In this document: positions 1-9,262 of the stretch, piece after piece | How positions within the stretch are numbered: position 1 is the stretch's first letter | Layout: every line of letters starts with the position of its first letter | The notes under the pieces: generated by a model | Seen by the model: only the letters and a program-made list of their open reading frames with translations | Databases searched by the model: none | What the model was told of the DNA's origin: nothing | Made by a program: the position numbers and the translations under genes | From: Thermomicrobiales bacterium | GTDB lineage: Bacteria; Chloroflexota; Chloroflexia; Thermomicrobiales; UBA6265 | Assembly: GCA_030447415.1 (NCBI GenBank) | Contig: JAUJOZ010000010.1 | Span: 54,100 to 118,099, forward strand | Direction: 5' to 3' | DNA: 64,000 nucleotides

Positions 1-1565
1 TCAGGTGGCCATTCTAGCGGCCGGGGCTTCGGCGGCGCATCGGTGACCATCGCGAGGAGCTCGTCATCCCAGGTCTGCCCGGCAAAGGGAATCTCGACCA
101 GCTTCGGATCGATACGGCGAAGCATTTCGAAGTGAAACTCTTCGAGATAGCGAGCCCTGGGTCCTGCGTTGTAGGTCGATCTCACTACCACTTCAGAGAC
201 AAAGATGAACGGCGCAAAGCCGATGGCATTGTGTGCACGCCATACGCGGCCAACCCAACGCGCCATCCGGTACTGGATACGGTGCCGGGAGGGCATTTGC
301 GCAAACGGCGTGCCGTCCGCTTGGGCGAGATCCACGAACCCTTCGATGTCGCGAAGATTCTTCTCCCGAGCCTCCGGATGGAGCACTCCGCAAACATCTC
401 CGGAGGCCAGATGCCGTTTGAACCAAGACAGGACGGCGTCCTTCGTATCGACATCTTGCCTGCCAGCAATGTTTCGCAGGCCCGCCTCTTGGCCGTGAAG
501 CTCGAAGTTGCGGCGTGGCTCGGCGCGCGAAATGAGGTCCATCGGAGTCATCTCACCTTCGCTCACGAAAAGGTGGAGCGGGAGGTGAGCGGTGATCGTT
601 TGCCGATCGGCGGTTGTAGCAGTTGCGTCAAACCGCGCTACATGCTTTAGGCCCCAGTGCTGCGTTACAAGCTCGGCGGATATCACCTCTGGGCTGACAG
701 GTGGGCCGTTGGTGAAGACCTCTGCGACTCGTTCCTTGTAGCCAGCAGAAATAAGTAGCGCAAGAAGTAGCCGACTATCCTTGCCGCCAGAAAGGGGGAA
801 CGTGATCGGAAAATCGGTGAGATCCACGACCTTCAACAGACACTTCAGCCCTTCAAACGCTTCGTCCCAATACGCTTGCCGGTCTGCCACGTACTTCTCA
901 GCGAGCACATCACTGAAGAGGAAGTCGCCTGGTGGCGACACGATATCAGGCCTGCCAGACGCGATTCGAATCTGTGCCCCTTGGGGCACGGCGGATACCC
1001 CCTCGAACAGCGCGTCTCTGGAAAATGGCACCGCGTAGGTGGCGACCCATCGGACGAAATCGGAGCTGAGAGGGAAGCCAACGCCTCCATGAACAAAAGC
1101 GTCGACCATCGACGCCCGAGTCGAGAGAACGACAAGCTCCTCTGTTTCGTGAGCATAAAGTTGCACGGACGCGAGCAGGTTTCGGCGAACACGTCCATTT
1201 CCATGCTCGTCCAGATCAAGGAACAGGTACTCGCCATGCGCCGCTTCGCTGTCTGCGAAATGGCGTGCAACATCGGTAGCTGACGACAACGGCGTCATCC
1301 CGAGTTCTGGAATCAACCACCCGTTGAAGATCAGCAGTTGCTTGCTCGTCGGACGAATGCGATCCGCCGCATCGAGCGGCACGACGTCGTGACCCCAGGC
1401 CCATACATGTAACGTTGGGCACCCTGGGGGTGTCCACTTATAAGTCGCAACCGGCGCGGGCGTTCGCAGACCACGCAAGCGATCGGCAAAGGCTGGATCG
1501 CTGAACTGGGGCAGGTCTCGCCGCGACCATGCAAGGAGAAAGTCGATCATTGGCACCCCGATCAT
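1..1565 (-). CDS. PP-loop ATP pyrophosphatase with asparagine-synthetase-like architecture (3' end outside window)
   Basis: Minus-strand frame is open from the ATG at 1565-1563 to the window edge, so it is absent from the ORF track (no stop in window). Hand translation gives ...VVDLTDFPITFPLSGGKDSRLLLALL..., with the SGGxDS PP-loop at about nt 775-792. The N-terminus MIGVPMIDF lacks a Cys2 glutaminase nucleophile. Confidence 0.6.
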   Translation of the reverse strand, partial: MIGVPMIDFLLAWSRRDLPQFSDPAFADRLRGLRTPAPVATYKWTPPGCPTLHVWAWGHDVVPLDAADRIRPTSKQLLIFNGWLIPELGMTPLSSATDVARHFADSEAAHGEYLFLDLDEHGNGRVRRNLLASVQLYAHETEELVVLSTRASMVDAFVHGGVGFPLSSDFVRWVATYAVPFSRDALFEGVSAVPQGAQIRIASGRPDIVSPPGDFLFSDVLAEKYVADRQAYWDEAFEGLKCLLKVVDLTDFPITFPLSGGKDSRLLLALLISAGYKERVAEVFTNGPPVSPEVISAELVTQHWGLKHVARFDATATTADRQTITAHLPLHLFVSEGEMTPMDLISRAEPRRNFELHGQEAGLRNIAGRQDVDTKDAVLSWFKRHLASGDVCGVLHPEAREKNLRDIEGFVDLAQADGTPFAQMPSRHRIQYRMARWVGRVWRAHNAIGFAPFIFVSEVVVRSTYNAGPRARYLEEFHFEMLRRIDPKLVEIPFAGQTWDDELLAMVTDAPPKPRPLEWPP

Positions 1566-1609
1566 GTGCGGTGGAGCGGCGGTGGGGGGGAGCGACCGGG
1601 CGAGCCCAA

Positions 1610-2593
1610 TCAACGCCATCCAGTAGCGGGCCGGCGGCGGTGGCGCCGGCCCGCGCATTGTGACCGAGGTCGGGAGCCACCGCAACGGCCCCCCAGGGGA
1701 ATCCGCGTCCCTAGCTGGTCGGCCCCAGATCCAACACCCCGCCGCCGTCCGGGTCGTAGACCGTGCGTGGCTGCGACCCGGTCTAACTGGCGCAGTTCGC
1801 CCTTGATCTCAGCCCACGCCTCGGCCCGCTCCGCCTCCGAGAGCTCTGCCAGCATCTGGTGCAGGGCGCCGAAGGACTCCCGCGCGAGCTGGAGGTACTC
1901 CGCAGCCGTGGCCGTCCGCAGGGGCGCCTCGACCGTCCGGGTCACGACCTCACGGAAGCCCGCGCGGCGATAGGCCTCCTCGAGTACCCCAGGAGCACCC
2001 AGACTGAAGGGGCCGGGCTGGCCTGGCGCCGGCAGCGGCAACTGGGCACGTCGGCGAATGATGCTAATCGGAATCGAGAAGAAGCGGTTGCGCTCCGGCG
2101 TCGAATAGACCATCGCGGCCACCCGGCCACCCGGCATGAGGACGCGCCGGATCTCAGCCAGGGCGCGTTGCTGATCCGGGAAGTAGATCAGCCCGACCCG
2201 CGACAGCACCACGTCAAAGGCGGCGTCCGGCAGGTCCAGGTGCTCGCCGTCCATCGCTTGCGTGGTCAGGTTGGTGAGCCCCTGGGTCTCGGCCGCCCGC
2301 TGGGCGTAGGTGAGAATGGTGGGAGAGATGTCCGTGGCCAGTACGGAGCCGGTCGGGCCGACGCGCTTCGCCGCCGTGATGGCCGGTTCTCCCGCCCCCG
2401 CCGCGACATCGAGGACGCGGTTACCCGGACCGACCCCAGCCAGGTCAAGCATGATCTCGGTGGCCGGCCCGAGCCAGGCCTGCAAGGTCGGGGTCCAGCG
2501 ATCCCACGCCTCAGACGCCACTTCCCACTGCTCGCGGGTCGTCGCCTTGTACCGGACGGGATCGAACGCTGGTGCCGCTCCCTCGGTTGTCAA
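1610..2593 (-). CDS. class I SAM-dependent methyltransferase
   Basis: ORF 1610..2656 with motif I VLDVAAGAGE, ATDIS and LMPGGR. The likely start is TTG at 2593, 6 nt downstream of GGGAGGG. The Arg/Gly-rich last ~45 aa look like a frame error; an alternative frame ends ...VYDPDGGGVLDLGPTS with a stop at 1711. Confidence 0.85.
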   Translation of the reverse strand: MTTEGAAPAFDPVRYKATTREQWEVASEAWDRWTPTLQAWLGPATEIMLDLAGVGPGNRVLDVAAGAGEPAITAAKRVGPTGSVLATDISPTILTYAQRAAETQGLTNLTTQAMDGEHLDLPDAAFDVVLSRVGLIYFPDQQRALAEIRRVLMPGGRVAAMVYSTPERNRFFSIPISIIRRRAQLPLPAPGQPGPFSLGAPGVLEEAYRRAGFREVVTRTVEAPLRTATAAEYLQLARESFGALHQMLAELSEAERAEAWAEIKGELRQLDRVAATHGLRPGRRRGVGSGADQLGTRIPLGGRCGGSRPRSQCAGRRHRRRPATGWR

Positions 2594-3050
2594 GCAGTGC
2601 CCTCCCTGCCTGCACCTATCTGCCCGCGACGTCCGCCCGGCGGCCAATCCTATCAAGTGTGGCGTTCAGGATGCGGCGGTGGAGGGCGGAATCAGGCGGA
2701 CAACGCCCATGTCCCGCACGAGTTTCGAGGTTATGGCAGAAAGGGTCGTTTTTGAGACAGCGATGGTGGGAGCATGATCCTCACGGTGATCGCCCCACGC
2801 CGCCCCATCCGTCGCCATCGCGGCGCGGGCTGCGACGTCCTCCTGGCGGCCGGTCATCGCCCAGCCGCGGCCGGCGTGCGGCTCGCGCGGCCATGACCGG
2901 AGGGCCACGTGCGCCAACTGGGGGAGGTCGGTGACGCAGGGTTCTCACGGGCGGCGCGGAACGGCGTGGCCGCGGTGGACGAGGCGCTGGTCCGCGACGA
3001 CGCGCTCACCGGGCCTGACATCTTGACCCCGGGAGGAGTCTCGTCCTGGC

Positions 3051-4387
3051 CTAGCAGGGTGCTGAAAAAGCCGCTTCGTGGTCGGCGGTGACGGCGAAAG
3101 GGGCTTCGGCCGTTGTTGTCTCGGTTGCCCATTTCCGCTGGTTCCCGTCCGGTGCCCTGCTGGTGCCGCGCTCGGCGTCGACTCGCCCCTCGTGACGCTG
3201 CTTCCGCTCACCTCCCGCCGGCGTCGAGATCAACCGAGCCATACGGACGTTGTAGGCCGACGCGACGAGGTAGCGCGCGCGAGCCGGGTGCGCGCCGCCC
3301 CGCGGTACCGTGTCCGTCGGAACCCGCCGACCGTCTTCATCCAGCCGAAAGATCTCCTCTACTCGCTTCCGGATGCGCTGGCTCACGGTTTCAGCCGGGC
3401 CAGGACGTGGTCCGGCCGTCGATGGCGCTGCGCCGCCCGGTCGTGTTCTGCGCCACGTGGGGCGTGACCTTGCTTACGCATCGCAGCGACGCACTCGCGG
3501 GTGTCGTAGCCCTTGTCGCCACCGAGCGTTCGAGGACCAGGCGCTCCCGCGCCTCGTCGAGCAAGACCGGGACGAAATTGATCTCGGCCGTTCCCGTCGC
3601 CTGCGTCACCTGGAAGTCCACCAGCAGGCCGTGGCGGTTCTCCATCAATGCATGCCCGATGAGCGGGCGACCGCCTTGTCGACCATGCTGGCCATCCGCA
3701 TGACGAGCATCGTTCCGGTCGTGCTCTGGTGGGTGGCGTTGGACCGGCGCTCGCCCGGAAGTCCTCCGTCGGGTTGCCGGGATCGTCCCGCTGGGCGAGG
3801 ATGGCTCGTCCTTAGCCGGTGTTGCAAAACCTGGAGTCGGTCATCCAGGAGATGAATGCTGCCCACCGGTTCCCTTGTCATGTCGTGCCATTGGGTTCGC
3901 CCTCCACAGACGCGAGCCGGGCTGCGGTGGGTTTGAAGACGGCTCTTGGGCGGAAGCTCTTGAGGCTGCTGCCTCGTTGTGGGTCCCGTCCACCGTGAAA
4001 TGCTGATCCGAGGTCCCGCATCAGCCTGCCGGCCTGAAACACCACCTCGTCGAAGAATTGCTGGGCGACCTCGTCCCGGAGCAGCCGCTCCCGGTTCTTG
4101 GCGAAGGTGCTAGCGGCGATGCACAGCCGGATCGAGCATGCCCAGGTCCAGGAACCAGCGGTACAGGAGGTGGTACTCCAGCTCCTCGCAGAAGAGCCCG
4201 CTCGCTCCCATCGAGTGAAGAGCGCGATGAGCAGGCCCGCTTTCAGCAGCCGCTCGGGATGGAGGGGCGGCCGTCGGCGGCGTTGCGGTCGAAGACGGGC
4301 GATGCTCGGCCAGCGCCCGGTCGGCGAAGCGCTTGTGCGCAGCGGGTGGTCCGACGGGATGGGCGTCCAGGTCGACAAGGCGAGCAT
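3051..4387 (-). pseudogene. IS5/IS1182-family DDE transposase, multiply frameshifted
   Basis: Family-typical fragments are spread over all three minus frames. They include SDHPLR, FDRNAADGRPSIP/PERLLKAGLL, LEYHLLYRWFLDLG, STFAKNRERLL, SLKSFRP, RSNATHQSTT, GHALMENRHGLLVDFQVTQATGTAE, RSAIDGRTT and SQRIRKRVEEIF...AYNVRMARL. Confidence 0.8.
3052..3071. repeat. terminal inverted repeat (left copy) of the IS5/IS1182-like element
   Basis: Reverse complement matches 5455-5474 at 19 of 20 positions. Confidence 0.7.
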
Positions 4388-4570
4388 GCTCAGCTGCAGG
4401 TTACCGGCCGCGCATCCGTCGCCCTCCTCCGGCGGCGCCCCCGCCGATCGCCGTCGTCTGTCGTATCGTCGTCCCGATGCCGTGCTAGGATGAGGTCGTG
4501 GTAATCCGATGCTTTCGCGACCGCCCAGCCAGGTTCGGTTGACGTCTTGACCATGCCGAAAGGACACGAC

Positions 4571-5144
4571 ATGAACCGCGTTGATCCCGACGCCGTCGGG
4601 GATGTCGAGCAAGCGACATGACACGGTCGGCGCCAATCTACGCGGAGCACACCGCGCGCTGACGTCCCCGATGCCGACGATCTTCTCGACGCGGCGCACC
4701 CGCCGAGCGACAGGGGCTGAGGTCGGCTGCGGAGGACATGTCACGGCGATGATGGCCGACACGGGCGCCACCGTGACCGGCGTTGACCTGGTTCCCGCGA
4801 TGATCGAGACGACGCGGACGCTGCATCCGGACATCGAGTTTGTCCAAGCCGATGCGGAGCAGCTGCCGTTCGGGGACGACGCCTTCGACGTCGTTCTCGT
4901 CGAATTTCTCGATCCATCATTTCACACGTCCGGACGTTGTTTGCGCCGAGATCAGTAGCGGCTCAAGCCTGGCGGCCGGTTCGTCTTCGCCGGTCCCATC
5001 GAGCAATTCGGGTTTGGGGCGTTCATCGAGGACCGGCGCGCATCACACGGTGCTCGCGCTACCGCTCTACCTGGAAGCCCGCGGGAAGATGCCTGGTCAA
5101 GGACGCCAGCTTCGCCAGCTACGACGTTGCCGTCCGCCAGTTGA
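4571..5144 (+). pseudogene. class I SAM methyltransferase (Methyltransf_11-like), frameshifted remnant
   Basis: Pieces lie in different plus frames: MNRVDPDAVGDVEQ..., ...EVGCGGHVTAMMADTGATVTGVDLVPAMIETTRTLHPDIEFVQADAEQLPFGDDAFDVVL, then LKPGGRFVFAGPIEQFG. Confidence 0.55.
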
Positions 5145-5454
5145 CCTTGCGCTTGCCAGCCTCGAGCCGTTGCTCCAGACCGGGCGAATGTGCGAACTCT
5201 CGGAACTACCCCAGGACACACAGAACAAGATCAGATGATGATGATCCAACGGGCTGCACCGTACCGGACGGAGAACGGATACGCGTTCCCGGACCGGATC
5301 GTGGTCGATGGCCACGAAGTAACCACCGAATCGGATTGCCGTCCGTTGAGGCAGACTGCTTGCGCCCAATACCGAGCAGACCGTAGAAAATCTCCGGCAA
5401 CCACCATTCCTGGTGTAGCGAGATGTTCTTCTACCGCCCGTTGAGGGCACGCCA

Positions 5455-5474
5455 GCTTTTTCAGCAGCCTGCTA
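5455..5474. repeat. terminal inverted repeat (right copy) of the IS5/IS1182-like element
   Basis: Inverse of 3052-3071 (19/20). It lies 8 nt beyond the phoU stop codon. Confidence 0.7.
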
Positions 5475-5482
5475 TAGCTCCC

Positions 5483-6148
5483 CTAGTAGGTGGAGACGCC
5501 GATCTCTTCCATCGCACCGGTGACGGCGAACACGACGCGCTCGCAGACGTTGGTGACACGGTCGGCGATCCGCTCCAGGTTGTGAGCCGCCCAGAGGAGA
5601 CGGGTGGCGCGATTGACGGTGGCGGGGTCGGCCATCATGTAAGTGAGGAGTTCCCGGTAGATCTGGTCGTAGAGGTCATCGACCTGGTCATCGCGGACGG
5701 CCACTGCCCGGGCCGCCTCGGCGTCCGACTCGATGAAGGCGGTGATGCTATCGGCGAGCATCGAGCGCGCCTCCTCGCTCATGCGGGGCAGATCGACGAG
5801 CGGTTTCAGCAGCGGCTCATCCGCGGTCTGGATGACGATCTTGGCAATGCCCGCGGCGTGGTCGGCCATCCGCTCAAGATCGGTGACGATGTGAATGACG
5901 GCGGCGATCGTCCGCAGGTCGCTCGCCATCGGCGCCTGGGTGGCGATGACCAGGAGAGCCCGCTCCTCGGTCGCCCAGCGGTGCGTATTGATCTCGCGGT
6001 CACCGCTGACGAGCTCGTGCGCGAGGCGCACGTCCTGTCGCCGCATCGCCTCGACGGAGCGGGCGATCGCCTTGTCGACCATGCTGGCCATCGCGACGAC
6101 ATCGTCCCGCAATCCCTGGATCTGGTGCTCATACTCGATCCGGGTCAT
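5483..6148 (-). CDS. phoU: phosphate signalling complex protein PhoU
   Basis: 221-aa ORF with the two-repeat PhoU layout (...ERIADRVTNVCE... and ...LERMADHAAGIAK...). It sits directly downstream of pstB. Confidence 0.93.
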   Translation of the reverse strand: MTRIEYEHQIQGLRDDVVAMASMVDKAIARSVEAMRRQDVRLAHELVSGDREINTHRWATEERALLVIATQAPMASDLRTIAAVIHIVTDLERMADHAAGIAKIVIQTADEPLLKPLVDLPRMSEEARSMLADSITAFIESDAEAARAVAVRDDQVDDLYDQIYRELLTYMMADPATVNRATRLLWAAHNLERIADRVTNVCERVVFAVTGAMEEIGVSTY

Positions 6149-6189
6149 GGCTTGACCCTCCTCCGGTCGGAATTGACCCGTGACCGACG

Positions 6190-7023
6190 CTAGCCGAACC
6201 GGCCGGTGATGTAGTCCTCCGTCCGCTGGTCCCGGGGATTGGTGAAGAGCTGTCGCGTCGGGCTGGCCTCGACGAGGACACCCTGACGCTGCTCGTTGAG
6301 TGAGAAGAAGACGGTCTGATCGGAGACGCGAGCGGCCTGCTGCATGTTGTGGGTGACGATGACGATCGTGTACTGGCGGACCAGGTCCCGCATCAGGTCT
6401 TCGATCTTAAGGGTCGAAATCGGATCGAGGGCACTGGCCGGCTCGTCCATCAGGATGACGTCGGGGTTGATGGCAAGTGTCCGGGCGATGCACAGGCGTT
6501 GCTGCTGCCCGCCCGACAGCGCGAGCCCGTTCTGCTTGAGCTTGTCCTTGACCTCGTCCCAGAGGGCGGCTTGGCGCAGGCAGTGCTCGACCAACCCATC
6601 GGCGTTGCCCTTGAAGCCGTTGATGCGGGCGCCCCAGGCGATGTTGTCGTAGATGCTTTTGGGAAATGGATTGGGCTTCTGAAAGACCATCCCGATCCGG
6701 CGACGAACCTCCACCGGATCGACCCGTGGCCCGTTGATGTCCACCCCGTGGTAGTCGATCCGACCCTCGACCCGCGCACCGGGGACGAGGTCGTTCATCC
6801 GGTTGATGCAACGCAGCACGGTGCTCTTGCCGCAGCCGGAGGGACCGATGAGCGCGGTGATCCGATTCTTGGGGATGTCGAAGGCAATGTCGCTGACGGC
6901 GTGGAAGCTGCCGTAGAACACGTTGAGGTCGCGGATGCCGACGATCGTCTCGGCCAACCGTGCGTCGGCCGCCGGCGCGGGGCCGACGGGCACCGGAGCG
7001 CGGGTAGGGGCGTGGGTTGCCAT
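6190..7023 (-). CDS. pstB: phosphate ABC transporter ATP-binding protein PstB
   Basis: Walker [10 protein letters not shown], signature LSGGQQQR, Walker B ILMDEP, and the PstB-typical RCINRMNDL and [14 protein letters not shown]. Confidence 0.95.
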   Translation of the reverse strand: MATHAPTRAPVPVGPAPAADARLAETIVGIRDLNVFYGSFHAVSDIAFDIPKNRITALIGPSGCGKSTVLRCINRMNDLVPGARVEGRIDYHGVDINGPRVDPVEVRRRIGMVFQKPNPFPKSIYDNIAWGARINGFKGNADGLVEHCLRQAALWDEVKDKLKQNGLALSGGQQQRLCIARTLAINPDVILMDEPASALDPISTLKIEDLMRDLVRQYTIVIVTHNMQQAARVSDQTVFFSLNEQRQGVLVEASPTRQLFTNPRDQRTEDYITGRFG

Positions 7024-7054
7024 GCGCCAAGAACCTCCTCAGCCCAATTGCCTG

Positions 7055-8005
7055 CTACCAACGGACGCGGCGACCGGCGCGCTCCCGCAGGACAATGGCG
7101 ATCGAATTGAGCAGCAGCAAGAGCACCATCATCAGGATGATGCCGGCCGACGCGAACTCGCGGAACACCGCCTTGGAGTTCCCAAGCAAGTTGAACACCT
7201 GGACCGGTAGCGGCGAGTAGCCATCGGTCGGCGAGTTCGGCACATAGGTGATGTAGAGCACCGCACCGGCCACGAGGACCGGCGCGGTCTCGCCGACGGC
7301 TCGCGCTACGGCCAGGATCGTCCCCGTCAAGATGCCGGAAGCGGCGGCCGGCAACACGTGGTGGCGAGCGACTTGCCAGGGCGTGGCACCTAGAGCATAG
7401 CCGGCCTGGCGAAGGGAGAGCGGTACCGCCCGGATGGCCTCCTGGGAGGAGATGATGATGATTGGCAGCGCCAGCAACCCGAGCGTCAAACCACCCGAGA
7501 TGATCGATGGCCCAAGGAAGTGGCCGAACTTGAAGAAGTTGACGAGGACCCCGAGTCCAAGCAGACCGTAGACAACGGACGGGACGCCTGCCAGGTTCGA
7601 GATGTTGAGCTGGACGATCTTGGTGAACCAGCTGTTCGGCGCGTACTCCTCGAGGTAGACAGCCGCACCGATGCCGACCGGTACGGCGAAGAGGGCGGCG
7701 ATCGCGACGATCCAGAGCGTGCTGACGATGCCGTTGTAGAAGCCCGCGCGGCCGGCGACGATTCGGCTCTCGGTTTGACTGATGTTTTCCCAGAGCAGGT
7801 TCGAGCCAAGTTCTCCCCACCCCTGGGTCACCACTTGGGCGAGGAGCACGATCAAGATGAGGGCGGCTGAGGCCGTGGCGGCGCAGAAGACCGCGTGAGC
7901 GATCCCGGAGCGCACCTCGCGTCGCCGCAGCTGCGGGGTGGTGGCAAGCGGCGGGCGGGTCCCAGTGGAAGCGGCGCCCCGGCCGGTCTCCGCGATGGCA
8001 CTCAC
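7055..8005 (-). CDS. pstA: phosphate ABC transporter permease PstA
   Basis: 316-aa polytopic membrane ORF. Second permease in the pstS-C-A-B order, overlapping pstC by 4 nt. Confidence 0.9.
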   Translation of the reverse strand: MSAIAETGRGAASTGTRPPLATTPQLRRREVRSGIAHAVFCAATASAALILIVLLAQVVTQGWGELGSNLLWENISQTESRIVAGRAGFYNGIVSTLWIVAIAALFAVPVGIGAAVYLEEYAPNSWFTKIVQLNISNLAGVPSVVYGLLGLGVLVNFFKFGHFLGPSIISGGLTLGLLALPIIIISSQEAIRAVPLSLRQAGYALGATPWQVARHHVLPAAASGILTGTILAVARAVGETAPVLVAGAVLYITYVPNSPTDGYSPLPVQVFNLLGNSKAVFREFASAGIILMMVLLLLLNSIAIVLRERAGRRVRW

Positions 8006-8985
8006 TGGTACACCTCTCGGAACCGAGCGACGAAGGCGCGGCTGAGTAGATTGAGGACCATGGTGATCACGAAGAGCGTCAGACCGATCGCGAACAGTGA
8101 GTAGTAGCGCGGATCGGCGCGGGAGGTGTCGCCCTGGAGCACGTTGACGATGTAGCTTGTCATCGCCTGGGCGCCCTGAAGCGGGTCGGTCGGCACGCCC
8201 CCAACCTTCGCACCGCCGGCGACGACGATGATCATCGTCTCGCCCACCGCCCGGCCGAGCGCGAGGATGACGGAGGCGATGACGCCGGAGATAGCCGCCG
8301 GGAGGACGATCCGAGTCGATATCTCGAGTTTCGTCGCGCCGAGCGCGTAAGCCCCTTCCCGCAGCGAGCGCGGCACCGCCCGCAGCGCATCCTCCGAGAG
8401 GGAAGCAACGAGTGGGATCGTCAGGACGCCGATGGCGAGGCCGGCCGCGAGCACGTTGTAGATCGCGATGGTCGAGTTGAGTCGCTGCAAGATCTCCGGC
8501 GTGATGAAGGTGAGCGCGAAGAATCCGTAGACGATGGTCGGCACCCCGGCGAGGAGCTCAAGCACTGGCTTGGCGATGGAGCGGACGGTCTGCGGCGCGT
8601 ATTCGCTTAGGTACACGGCCGCCATCAGCCCGATCGGAACGGCAACCAGCATGGCGATCAGGGCGTACGTGAGCGTCGCCGACACCAGCGGCCATACCCC
8701 CCACTCGCCGCGCTCGATCGTGCGGTTCGGGCGCCACTCGGTCCCGGAGAGGTAGTCCCAGAACGACACCCGCCGAAAGAACTCGTACGTTTCGAACACC
8801 AGCACGCCAACGATTCCCACGGTTGTCAGGATCGAGAGCGCGCCGCAAAGGAAGAGCACAATCCCGATCGCCCGTTCCGAGGCGCTCCGGCTGCGTGCAC
8901 CCGACAAGTCGAGTGGCCTCGCTGCCGTCGGTGCGGCAGCGACGGCGCCGGCAACGGTCGGGGTGGTAGGCAGGGTTTCTCCCAA
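8002..8985 (-). CDS. pstC: phosphate ABC transporter permease PstC
   Basis: 327-aa polytopic membrane ORF with the EAA-like loop SLREGAYALGATKLE. First permease after pstS. Confidence 0.9.
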   Translation of the reverse strand: MGETLPTTPTVAGAVAAAPTAARPLDLSGARSRSASERAIGIVLFLCGALSILTTVGIVGVLVFETYEFFRRVSFWDYLSGTEWRPNRTIERGEWGVWPLVSATLTYALIAMLVAVPIGLMAAVYLSEYAPQTVRSIAKPVLELLAGVPTIVYGFFALTFITPEILQRLNSTIAIYNVLAAGLAIGVLTIPLVASLSEDALRAVPRSLREGAYALGATKLEISTRIVLPAAISGVIASVILALGRAVGETMIIVVAGGAKVGGVPTDPLQGAQAMTSYIVNVLQGDTSRADPRYYSLFAIGLTLFVITMVLNLLSRAFVARFREVYQ

Positions 8986-9262
8986 GGAACCGACTCCTCA
9001 CCCGGGCGGCCGTCTCAGCCCCCGGCCAGCGCGTCGAGTCGGCCGCACTCGACGCGCTGGCACGTCGACGCCTCACCCGACGCCTGATCGGCACGCGAGT
9101 CGCCACGCGCCATCCATAACGATCCGAACTGCCGGCCAGTTGACCCCCTGCGACCCATGCCTGGCCGCGGGGGATCGATTTCGAGGCCACCGTTGGACGG
9201 GTGCCAGGATGCGGACGCGCGTTAGACACCGGCCAGCGATGTTGCTCCGGTGGATGGGCAAC

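Larger units (their letters stand above)
3052..5474. mobile_element. decayed IS5/IS1182-family element (or IS-bounded segment) delimited by 20-bp terminal inverted repeats
   Basis: Inverted repeats tagcagggtgctgaaaaagc (3052-3071) and gctttttcagcagcctgcta (5455-5474) match 19/20, with weaker similarity further inward. A transposase pseudogene lies inside. Flanks are cTA / TAtag. Confidence 0.6.

Noticed and set aside
2666-3091. Short ORFs left of the IS end (2666..2917 minus, 2909..3091 plus, the latter with high GC3)
   Set aside because: They are fragments bounded by nearby stops, with no recognisable family. They may be remnants of a gene disrupted by the IS insertion, but this cannot be supported.
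3645-3881. Possible fragment of a second phoU paralogue (…MRMASMVDKAVARS)
   Set aside because: The flanking blocks RSNATHQSTT and GHALMENRHGLLVD, and their spacing, fit an IS5/IS1182 transposase read in another frame. I interpret the phoU identity as a short converted patch, reported as a finding, not as a phoU gene remnant.
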